64,000 nucleotides of DNA from contig JANNMJ010000168.1 in the NCBI GenBank assembly GCA_031397815.1, positions 4,273 to 68,272 on the forward strand, read 5' to 3'. This document shows, piece by piece, positions 8,252 to 16,149 of the stretch. This DNA comes from Hymenobacteraceae bacterium (GTDB taxonomy: Bacteria; Bacteroidota; Bacteroidia; Cytophagales; Hymenobacteraceae). How positions within the stretch are numbered: the stretch's first letter is position 1; every line of letters starts with the position of its first letter. The translations under genes and the position numbers were made by a program. The notes beneath the pieces were generated by a model. The model saw only the letters and a program-made list of their open reading frames with translations, was not told the origin of the DNA and searched no databases.

Positions 8252-10066
8252 GTGCCTTCAATGATTAAATTGATGCGTTCATTCTCTCGACCTAATGGCC
8301 GAGGGAATTTGATGGCCCTATTGATTGGGTTGATGCTTTGTGCCTCGCGGCCCGTCATCGCTCAGCGCACGCTGCTGTGGAATGACTTCTACAATCCGGG
8401 ACCGCGAGCGTGGTATTTCAACTCCGTGACCCGATTGAGAACCAACCGGTATTTGAGTGTTGGCTTCAGCGATACCCTCATTGTAAATAGTATTCGGCAG
8501 CGCCCAGGGCTATTGATTACTGATAGCTTGGGGCAACCTACCCGCCAATTGGTGCTGAGTACTATCAATGCCGGACAGGCGTGGGGAGCCGTTTCCGATA
8601 GACAGGGAGGAGCCTACATCACCGCTTTTCTGGTGTCCGGTTCCTCTACTATCGGCTATCAGCTTTTGCGGCTCGACTCAACCGGAAATATTAATTGGCG
8701 GCGCCAAATCCCTTACCCTTACGTAAGCTTTAAGCCTACCGCAACGCAACCTCTACCAGATGGTTATCAGTTGATTGGCACGCGCTATATCCCTCGGCCG
8801 GGTATGTCTTCTGGGCAGCGCGCCGAGGTCGTGCAGTACGACGCGCGTGGACAAATCCAATGGTCGCAGGTGTTTGGGGGGAAATATGCCTACGCTTATG
8901 CAGCAGCGCCAATGCCGAACGGCTCGACGGCGGTGTTGTCGGAGCAATATGTCGATCAGCCGGGGTATCCGTATGAATTTGTCTCTGACCACTTCGTTAA
9001 CTATTTCTCTGCCTACGGCGATTCGCTCGGCCGCGCCCGCATAGGCTGGCCGGGCTACCGCGACGTGGGGAACTCAATCATCGCCACCACCGACGGAGGC
9101 GTGGCATTCGTTGGCTACCGCTACGCGCAGAACAACGCGCCCCGCGAAGGCGTCTTTATTAAGCTTGATTCTTTGGGGCGGCGCGAGTGGTATTATCTGC
9201 TCGTTTCTTCGCAGGGAAGCAACTCTTTTGGCGCCGAACTCAAGGGTGTTCAGGAGATTGCCAGTGGGCATTTTGTCGTAATGGGGCGCGATTATTTTGC
9301 TCCGATGATGATGATGATCGCTCCACCTACTACACCCGCCGACAGCGTCGGGCGGGTGCTCTGGCAGCATATCACCGCTCCGCGCACCCTTCCTAATGAC
9401 TGGGTATATGAACCCGGTGGTACGGCGTATTTAAGTGGGTACGGCTACCGCACTAACGGCCCGCAAGAATCCGACGGCGCCGCCCAACGCTGGAGCGGCC
9501 TGCCGCGCCCCGTTCAGCCCGACCTCTGCGCCCGCCCGCCGGTCTTCGGGCAGGCGCCCACCCACGGCCCGTTCGTGGGCAGCACAATGAGCTTCTCCCT
9601 CGACCCGCTCACTACCCAACCCGGCCCGCGCTACGGGGCGGTAAACCTGGTGCGCTGGGAGTGGGGCGACGGCACCCCCGCCGACACGGGCTGGACCGTG
9701 AGCCACACCTTCACCTCGCCCACCCCGGTGCGGGTGCGGGTGTGCGCTACCAACAACCTCTGGTGCCAAACCTGCGTCGATCTCTATCCCCTCGGCCCGC
9801 TCAGCGCGCGCGAAGAGCGCGAAGAATTGGCCGCCAGCCTGAGCATCTTCCCCAACCCGAGCGCGACGGGCGTCTTCACCGTGCGGGCCACCACCGCGCC
9901 CGGCGCCCACCTCACCGTCACCGACGCGGTAGGGCGCCAAGTGTGTCAAGGCCCCGCCACCGGCCCCGAAACGCGGCTCGACCTGAGCCACCAACCCGCC
10001 GGGCTATACGGGCTGCGCCTGACGTGGCCCGACGGGCGGACAGTGACGAAGAAGCTGGTGCGGTAG
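8252..10066 (+). CDS. T9SS-secreted protein, PKD-like domain plus C-terminal sorting domain (paralog of 41691..43517)
   Basis: Signal peptide, WEWGDGTPADTGWTVSHTF PKD-like motif and C-terminal SIFPNPSATGVFTV..LYGLRLTWPDGRTVTKKLVR CTD. Same length and architecture as the 608-aa ORF at 41691..43517. The start could instead be ATG at 8261. Confidence 0.75.
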   Translation: MPSMIKLMRSFSRPNGRGNLMALLIGLMLCASRPVIAQRTLLWNDFYNPGPRAWYFNSVTRLRTNRYLSVGFSDTLIVNSIRQRPGLLITDSLGQPTRQLVLSTINAGQAWGAVSDRQGGAYITAFLVSGSSTIGYQLLRLDSTGNINWRRQIPYPYVSFKPTATQPLPDGYQLIGTRYIPRPGMSSGQRAEVVQYDARGQIQWSQVFGGKYAYAYAAAPMPNGSTAVLSEQYVDQPGYPYEFVSDHFVNYFSAYGDSLGRARIGWPGYRDVGNSIIATTDGGVAFVGYRYAQNNAPREGVFIKLDSLGRREWYYLLVSSQGSNSFGAELKGVQEIASGHFVVMGRDYFAPMMMMIAPPTTPADSVGRVLWQHITAPRTLPNDWVYEPGGTAYLSGYGYRTNGPQESDGAAQRWSGLPRPVQPDLCARPPVFGQAPTHGPFVGSTMSFSLDPLTTQPGPRYGAVNLVRWEWGDGTPADTGWTVSHTFTSPTPVRVRVCATNNLWCQTCVDLYPLGPLSAREEREELAASLSIFPNPSATGVFTVRATTAPGAHLTVTDAVGRQVCQGPATGPETRLDLSHQPAGLYGLRLTWPDGRTVTKKLVR

Positions 10067-10162
10067 CTAGAGCAAAACTCCCCGCCCCGGAGGGGAGGGG
10101 TGGCCGGAACGGCCGGGGTGGGGGGACACGCAGATACAGCTCGCCATGACGGTTAACCCGCC

Positions 10163-10351
10163 GGAACTGTCCTTTCCATAGTGGGAATTGCCGTTTCCAT
10201 GCATGGAATCGCCGATGTCAGCCATGGAAATGCCGATTCCATGCATGGAATCGGCAAGTTCATGCATGGAATTGCCGTTTCCATGCATGGAATCGCTAAA
10301 GTGTTCAAAGGAATCGGCGATTCCTTGAATGGAATCGCCGATTCCTTTGAA
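10163..10351. repeat. 9 x 21-bp tandem array of overlapping palindromes (GGAATCGCCGATTCC + ATGCAT)
   Basis: Units start at 10163 plus multiples of 21 (checked by hand), e.g. ggaattgccgtttccatgcat, ggaaatgccgattccatgcat, ggaatcgccgattcctttgaa. Junctions form TTCCATGCATGGAA. Confidence 0.9.
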
Positions 10352-10639
10352 AATTTTGATAAGTTTCGCAATTTTTAGGTCGATTCGCTGCGAATGTTAG
10401 CGATTTGGGCTTGACAGGATGGACTGGGGCGTCGCTCAACCGCGTTGCCGTAACCGCCATCCCCACCCCGCCCCTTCGGGGCACCCCTCCCCCTTCGGGG
10501 TTGGGGAATTTGGTTGGGGTTTTTCTCCTTGTTACTGCTTCAATCTCGGGCGCGGTTTCGTGCGTATGCGGTGCCGGCCCGACCTTCGTAACCGGAGCGT
10601 GGGCCCGCGCACCGCCCGCCCTACCGATTCCGCTCTCCT

Positions 10640-12430
10640 TTGGCATCTCCTCTCGCTTCCCTTAACCGTTACCTCTGGAAGTACCGCACCCGGCTGATTC
10701 TGGGGTCGGTCTTCGTGGCGGCGTCGAATCTGCTGGCAATTATTCCGGCGCAGCTCGTTCGGCATTCGTTCGATTTGGTCCGCGAAGGCATCTCGCTGCA
10801 TCAGCTTTATGGCGGCACGGTGGCGCAGGACAGCATTTACGGCGTGTTTGCGCGCAACATCGTGTTCTACGGCGGCCTGATTGTGGTGCTGGCGGTGGCG
10901 CGCGGGGTGCTGCTGTTTTTTATGCGTCAGACCATCATCGTGATGAGTCGGCTGATTGAAAACGACCTCAAAAACGAGATTTACGACCATTACCAGAGCC
11001 TGCCGCTCGCGTTCTACCGCCGCAACGCCACCGGCGACCTCATGAACCGCATCTCCGAAGACGTCGGGCGCGTGCGGATGTACCTCGGCCCGGCCATCAT
11101 GTACGGCATCAACCTGGTGCTGCTGTTCGTGATGGTGATTCCGTATATGCTCAGCGAAAGCGTGACGCTCACGCTCTGGACGCTCGCGCCGCTCCCGATT
11201 CTGTCGGTGAGCATTTACTACGTCAACACCGTCATCGAGCGGAAATCGGATGAGATTCAGCGGTCGCTTTCCGAGCTGACGACGTATGTGCAGGAAGCGT
11301 TTTCGGGGATTCGGGTGCTGAAATCGTTCGTCCGCGAGGCCGATAATCACCTCAAGTTTGGCGTCGCTTCGGATACGTATAAGGACCGCTCGCTGGAGCT
11401 GAACTTCGTGAATGCGCTGTTTTTCCCGCTGGTGCTGTTTCTGATTGGGCTGAGCCAGATCATCACCGTCTGGATTGGCGGGCGCGAGGTGTTGGCCGGT
11501 GCCCTCACGCCGGGCAACATCGCCGAGTTCCTGATTTACGTCAATATGCTGACGTGGCCCGTCACGGCCCTCGGCTGGACGACGAGCCTCGTGCAGCGCG
11601 CCGCCGCTTCCCAAGCGCGCATCAACGAGTTTCTGGATACGAAATCGGACCTGATTTCCCGCGAAAACATCCGCCGCGACATCGCCGGGGATATCGTCTT
11701 CGAGAACGTCTCGTTCACCTACCCCGACACCGGCATTCAGGCGCTGCGCGACGTCAGCTTCCGCATCCCCGCCGGGCAAACCCTCGCCGTCATCGGCAAC
11801 ACCGGCTCCGGCAAAAGCACCCTCGCGACGGTGCTGTGCCGCCTCTACGACGTCCAGCAGGGCAGCATCACCCTCGACGGCATCGACGTGCGCGATTACG
11901 CCATCGACTCGCTCCGGAGCCAGATTGGGTACGTGCCGCAGGACGTTTTCCTGTTTTCCGATACCGTGCGCGGCAACATCGCCTTCGGCCTCGACCGCGC
12001 CACCGACGCGCAAGTCCGGCAAGCAGCGCAGGACGCCGACGTCCTCGCGAACATCGACGCCTTCCCGGACGGCTTCCAGACCAAAGTCGGCGAGCGCGGC
12101 ATTACGCTTTCCGGCGGCCAGAAACAGCGCGTCAGCATTGCGCGGGCGCTCATCAAGGAGCCGCGCATCCTCATCCTCGACGATTCGCTCTCCGCCGTCG
12201 ATACCCGCACCGAGTACACCATCCTCGAAAACCTGCGCCGCGTGATGCGCGGGCGTACGAGCCTCATCATCAGTCACCGCGTCTCAGCCGTCAAGCTCGC
12301 CGACCACATCCTCGTCCTCGACGACGGCATCGTCGTGCAGCAAGGCACCCACGCCGCCCTGCTAGCCGAAACCGGCGGCGTGTACCGCACCCTGTATGAC
12401 CGGCAATTGCAGACTGAGCCGGAGCAGTAG
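10640..12430 (+). CDS. ABC transporter, fused permease/ATPase (MsbA-like exporter family)
   Basis: 596 aa with an N-terminal 6-TM region, Walker A GNTGSGKST, signature LSGGQKQRVSIARAL and Walker B ILILDD. Confidence 0.9.
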   Translation: MASPLASLNRYLWKYRTRLILGSVFVAASNLLAIIPAQLVRHSFDLVREGISLHQLYGGTVAQDSIYGVFARNIVFYGGLIVVLAVARGVLLFFMRQTIIVMSRLIENDLKNEIYDHYQSLPLAFYRRNATGDLMNRISEDVGRVRMYLGPAIMYGINLVLLFVMVIPYMLSESVTLTLWTLAPLPILSVSIYYVNTVIERKSDEIQRSLSELTTYVQEAFSGIRVLKSFVREADNHLKFGVASDTYKDRSLELNFVNALFFPLVLFLIGLSQIITVWIGGREVLAGALTPGNIAEFLIYVNMLTWPVTALGWTTSLVQRAAASQARINEFLDTKSDLISRENIRRDIAGDIVFENVSFTYPDTGIQALRDVSFRIPAGQTLAVIGNTGSGKSTLATVLCRLYDVQQGSITLDGIDVRDYAIDSLRSQIGYVPQDVFLFSDTVRGNIAFGLDRATDAQVRQAAQDADVLANIDAFPDGFQTKVGERGITLSGGQKQRVSIARALIKEPRILILDDSLSAVDTRTEYTILENLRRVMRGRTSLIISHRVSAVKLADHILVLDDGIVVQQGTHAALLAETGGVYRTLYDRQLQTEPEQ

Positions 12431-12533
12431 GGGGTTGAGGTTGAACCGGTTGTTGGGGATAAGCCGTTAACTTTCGGTCACCTGCCGTTCATCCATTCAG
12501 CCTTTCTTTCGACCCACAGCCCACTTACCGACT

Positions 12534-12782
12534 ATGCTCGCTGCCACTGAGGCCCGCTTACTGGAACGCTATCTCATGAGCTTGCGCCGATTGAGTACGG
12601 AAGCTCAACAGGAGTTCGTAACGCGCCTGACCGAATCGCTCCGAAAAGGGACAAGCCCTTCCAATAAACCCGAGCCAACGCCGAAGACGATGCTCGACTT
12701 TGCTGGCATCTGGCAGAACGACCCCGAGGCCGATAGCATCGAAACGGCTATCCGTGAAGGGCGTTCTGCGCGGGCTTGGTAA
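12534..12782 (+). CDS. small hypothetical protein, antitoxin-like C-terminus
   Basis: 82-aa ORF. The helical N-terminus and the tail MLDFAGIWQNDPEADSIETAIREGR resemble short type II antitoxin-like proteins. No partner toxin ORF is seen. Confidence 0.4.
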   Translation: MLAATEARLLERYLMSLRRLSTEAQQEFVTRLTESLRKGTSPSNKPEPTPKTMLDFAGIWQNDPEADSIETAIREGRSARAW

Positions 12783-12817
12783 ATAGCGCGAGTTACATCG
12801 ACAAGAAATCAAAAGGC

Positions 12818-13050
12818 GCGTCCCCGTTAGGGGACACCGTGCGGTAGCCGGGGGCAACGCCCCGGGTTCAACGCAAACCCCCTTTCGCGGCGTCCCCGTG
12901 AGGGGACACCGTTCGGTAACTGCATTCCTATTTGGCCATCAACGGGCGTAATACCGAACGGTATCCCCTGACGGGGACAACCATTCACATCGTCATTTCA
13001 ACCGGGGGCGCTGCCCCCGGCTACCGAACGGTGTCCCCTAACGGGGACGC
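12818..13050. repeat. nested inverted-repeat element built from GTCCCC-N4-GGGGAC hairpins (REP-C)
   Basis: Outer arms are 12818..12866 and 13002..13050 (near-perfect reverse complements). Inner arms are 12890..12918 and 12952..12978. Each carries gtcccc(gtta/gtga/ctaa/ctga)ggggac plus accgttcggta. Confidence 0.85.
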
Positions 13051-13227
13051 CCCGACTTGATTGGTTTTCCGTCAAACACTCCTATACGTTAACTCTTTCC
13101 CCCGGAACAATCACCCCCACTGGCACGGTAATAGGGTCGGCGGGGCACGGCGTGCGGCTTTTTCGGTATCTTTCGTACCGTAAAGTGCCCGCCGGGCTGC
13201 CTTTGTCGTTTACCCGTTTAGCGTTTT

Positions 13228-14109
13228 TTGCCGATGATGATGCTCTCCCCGCTCCGCCGCCTTTGCCTGCTCACTTTCTTTGGAAGCCTGACGCTGCCGC
13301 CCGCGCTGGCGCAAGCGCAGAAACCGCCGAAGCTGGTCGCCCCGAAGGAAGACCCGAATCGCATCTTCGACGCCCTCGCCGAACCGGCGCAGCCGGTGGG
13401 CGGCACGGAAGCATTCAGCCGCTACCTCGACGATCACCTCAATTACCCGACCCGCGCCCTCGAAAAGCGTATTCAGGGGACTGATTCGGTGACGTTTGTG
13501 GTCGAGAAGAACGGGACACTCTCGAACGTAACGCTCCTCAAAAGCTTCGACCCCGATTGCGACGCTGAGGCGCTGCGCGTGGTGAAGGCTGGACCGAAAT
13601 GGAAGCCCGGCAAGCACCGTGGGCAGCCCGCCCGGCAGCGGATTACAATTCCCATCGTCTTCGCGCTGGCCCCCGCGACGGGGCAGGCGCTGCGGGGCGA
13701 TTCGGCTACTATCCCGGCCGCCGCGCGCCCCGGCGCCCCCGCCAACTCGCCGACGGTCATTACCAACACGCCCATTGGGACGCCCTCGACCGACGGCCTC
13801 AAGCTCGTGCAGCCTGAGAAAGGCGCGCAGCCGGTCGGCGGGACCGATGCGTTTTTTGCTTGGGTGCAGAAGAATATTCAGTACCCGGAAGCCGCCAAGC
13901 GGCAGCAGCTCGAAGGGAAGGTGCGTGTGGAATTCACGATTGAGCCCGACGGCTCGCTCACCAACGTGAAGGCGATGAACCACTTGGCGGGCGGACTGGA
14001 GCAGGAAGCGATTCGGATTATTAAATCGGCGCCGAAATGGGAGCCTGCGACGTATCAAGGGCAGCCGATGCGGCAGAAGATGATTGTCCCGGTGATTTTT
14101 CAGCTTTAG
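13228..14109 (+). CDS. secreted protein with two TonB C-terminal domains
   Basis: Signal peptide, then two copies of PVGGT(E/D)AF..YP..A...(Q/K)..G.V.V.F.(V/I)E.(N/D)G(T/S)L(S/T)NV..(L/M)..... PKW.P....GQP.RQ....PI.F. Confidence 0.8.
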   Translation: MPMMMLSPLRRLCLLTFFGSLTLPPALAQAQKPPKLVAPKEDPNRIFDALAEPAQPVGGTEAFSRYLDDHLNYPTRALEKRIQGTDSVTFVVEKNGTLSNVTLLKSFDPDCDAEALRVVKAGPKWKPGKHRGQPARQRITIPIVFALAPATGQALRGDSATIPAAARPGAPANSPTVITNTPIGTPSTDGLKLVQPEKGAQPVGGTDAFFAWVQKNIQYPEAAKRQQLEGKVRVEFTIEPDGSLTNVKAMNHLAGGLEQEAIRIIKSAPKWEPATYQGQPMRQKMIVPVIFQL

Positions 14110-14202
14110 AAGCGCTCGGCAGGCAATTTTGGCAGCCGCTCGGCCGTCTATCCTCGTGCGCCGCTTTGGGCGCCGCCGTCTCTTCACTCAACGCCTTTCC
14201 CT

Positions 14203-15804
14203 GTGTCGCTTTTCGCCGATTACGAGCCTTCTGCGCTGGTGCAGCCCAACCCGCCCGCGCCCGACCCCACAGCCCTGATGTGGCCGCGTCAGGCGGAGTT
14301 TCAGCAGGCGGCGCAGTTCAACGCGCAAACCATTTTCGATGAGCTCGACGAGAGCCTTCAGCCCGTCGTGTACCTGTTGGGGGTGCTGATGGACGAAGCC
14401 GCCGCGCCCGGTCGGCCGCTGGTGTGCGTGGAGCCGTCGGAGCTAGCGCTGAGCGATGAGCTGGTGGTGGCCATCGGCACCCGCGATGCGTATCTGCAAC
14501 GCCTGCGCGAAGCCGATACGATGCTCACCGTGCTGCCCGACCCCGAGGCCGTCGGCCCGACCGTGCTGGAAACCGAGGTTGACCGCGAGCGGCGCTTCTC
14601 CACCGGCTTGCGGGCGGCGCTGCAAGAGCTACTCGCCGTCCATCACGACCAGCACGACGATGTCATCTCGTTCTGCTCGCGGCCGGTGCCCGTGACGGGC
14701 GGTTACCGCGTGAGTACGGTGTTGCAGCTTCAGGGCCGGGCGTACCGGTCGCACCCGACCATCATTCCGCCCGACGAATCGGCCGGAGATTCTAACGACC
14801 GCCTCGCCACATCGCTCCTCGATGCGGCGGTGTTTCGGTTTTTGGTCGAGCACCGCAAGCGTCTCCTCGCGCCCGACCCCGGCCTCGGCATGCTCGCCCG
14901 GCACCACGACCCCGATGAGCTGCTGCGCGCCGCCGGACGGTATTTCATGGACACGCCCGCCCGCCTCATCAACCCCGAAAAGGCGTTGCTGCGGCTGTTC
15001 AGCGTGTGCAACACGCTCTCGTCGCTGCGGTATGAGGGGAACGACTCGCGCGGCGGCATGCTCCTCTCGCGGCGGGGGCACCCGAACGTGGAGATGCTGC
15101 TCGTGCTGACGCGCCCGGTGCAACTCTCGGATTATCCGGCGGTGCGGAAGCTGCTCGAAATGAGCAACGAAGACATCAGCCTCCTCTGCGACACCGACGT
15201 CATCTACGGCCTCGGGCGCCCGACGGGTTCTTACGAAGCCGTGCGCCACGACCTGTTTTCCGTCGCTTTCACGCAGCATTTCCACTGGGATTTGCTCCAC
15301 GGCGGGCGCGTGCTGATGCACGTAGCGTACGGTCAGCCGACGCTGCCGAAGCAACGCGTAAACCGCCTCAACTTCCGTCGCGCCCTGGAGCGCGTGTTCA
15401 AGCTCCGCGACGGCGCGCAGGCCGAGCGCCTCTGGGAAGTGGTGCAGGAAGCCGCCCGCCAAAAGCGCGGGACGATGGTCGTCATCACCACCGAAGCCCG
15501 CGCCGAAGCCGAGCGCCTCCGCACGCAAAGCACGCTCCTCGAACCGGTGCTGCCCACCACGCTTCTCACCCGCCTCGTCACCTCCATCGACGGCGCCCTC
15601 CTCCTCGACCCCGAAGGCTTCTGCCACGCCGTAGGCGTCATTCTGGACGGAAAATCGCGCCCCGACCGCGGCACGCCCACACGCGGCGCCCGCTACAACT
15701 CCGCCGTGCGGTACGTGGAGTCGTCGCCTTTCCCGTGTCTGGCCGTGGTGGTTTCCGAAGACGGAATGGTCGATATCGTCACAAGGAAGAAGACAGAGGA
15801 TTAG
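14203..15804 (+). CDS. hypothetical protein with divergent DisA_N/diadenylate-cyclase-like C-terminal domain
   Basis: 533 aa with a GTG start. The C-terminus GTMVVIT..SIDGALLLDPEG..TRGARYNSAVRYVE..CLAVVVSEDGMVDIV aligns by eye with the DAC pattern GALIVI..HDGAVII..GTRHRAA..IVVSEETG.IS. The N-terminal ~390 aa are unrecognised. Confidence 0.6.
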   Translation: MSLFADYEPSALVQPNPPAPDPTALMWPRQAEFQQAAQFNAQTIFDELDESLQPVVYLLGVLMDEAAAPGRPLVCVEPSELALSDELVVAIGTRDAYLQRLREADTMLTVLPDPEAVGPTVLETEVDRERRFSTGLRAALQELLAVHHDQHDDVISFCSRPVPVTGGYRVSTVLQLQGRAYRSHPTIIPPDESAGDSNDRLATSLLDAAVFRFLVEHRKRLLAPDPGLGMLARHHDPDELLRAAGRYFMDTPARLINPEKALLRLFSVCNTLSSLRYEGNDSRGGMLLSRRGHPNVEMLLVLTRPVQLSDYPAVRKLLEMSNEDISLLCDTDVIYGLGRPTGSYEAVRHDLFSVAFTQHFHWDLLHGGRVLMHVAYGQPTLPKQRVNRLNFRRALERVFKLRDGAQAERLWEVVQEAARQKRGTMVVITTEARAEAERLRTQSTLLEPVLPTTLLTRLVTSIDGALLLDPEGFCHAVGVILDGKSRPDRGTPTRGARYNSAVRYVESSPFPCLAVVVSEDGMVDIVTRKKTED

Positions 15805-15813
15805 CGAGAGTCC

Positions 15814-15838
15814 GTAGGGGCGGGTCTTGTGCCCGCCC
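15814..15838. repeat. REP-B hairpin (GTAGGGGCGGGyCTTGyGCCCGCCC)
   Basis: gtaggggcgggtcttgtgcccgccc. The same element occurs at 22359..22383 and, inverted, at 5123..5154. Confidence 0.8.
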
Positions 15839-15880
15839 GAAACGCCTTATCGAACTACGTCTTCCCCCTCAAAATCAATC

Positions 15881-15919
15881 AAAAAAGAAGGCCCGTTACG
15901 CACTGCGTAACGGGCCTTC
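15881..15919 (-). terminator. rho-independent terminator downstream of tRNA-Ala
   Basis: Stem gaaggcccgttacgc/gcgtaacgggccttc with a T6 tail on the minus strand. Confidence 0.75.
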
Positions 15920-15927
15920 TTCGTAAG

Positions 15928-16001
<74 letters not shown>

Positions 16002-16018
16002 GGGTGGTGATTATGTGA

Positions 16019-16026
16019 CAAAGGTA
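16019..16026 (-). promoter_or_regulatory. -7 box TACCTTTG for tRNA-Ala
   Basis: Exact match to the Bacteroidota sigma-A -7 consensus TAnnTTTG, 18 nt upstream of the mature 5' end. Confidence 0.5.
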
Positions 16027-16052
16027 AAGCGGCTACGCGCAAAGTGCCAAAC

Positions 16053-16098
16053 AAAAAAACACCCGCCGACTTCGACAGAGCGAAGACGGCGGGTGTTT
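16053..16098 (-). terminator. rho-independent terminator after the TonB-dependent receptor gene
   Basis: Stem aaacacccgccg/cggcgggtgttt followed by a T7 tail on the minus strand. Confidence 0.8.
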
Positions 16099-16149
16099 CA
16101 CGGGGCAGATGACTGAGGGTCAGCGGCCGGTCAGGGGTGGGTGGTAGGG

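Noticed and set aside
10067-10378. Three overlapping small ORFs (73, 72, 65 aa) with MHG(I/N)G..S repeats
   Set aside because: They are translations of the palindromic 21-bp array on both strands. Symmetric repeats give mirror-image pseudo-proteins, and nothing supports coding.
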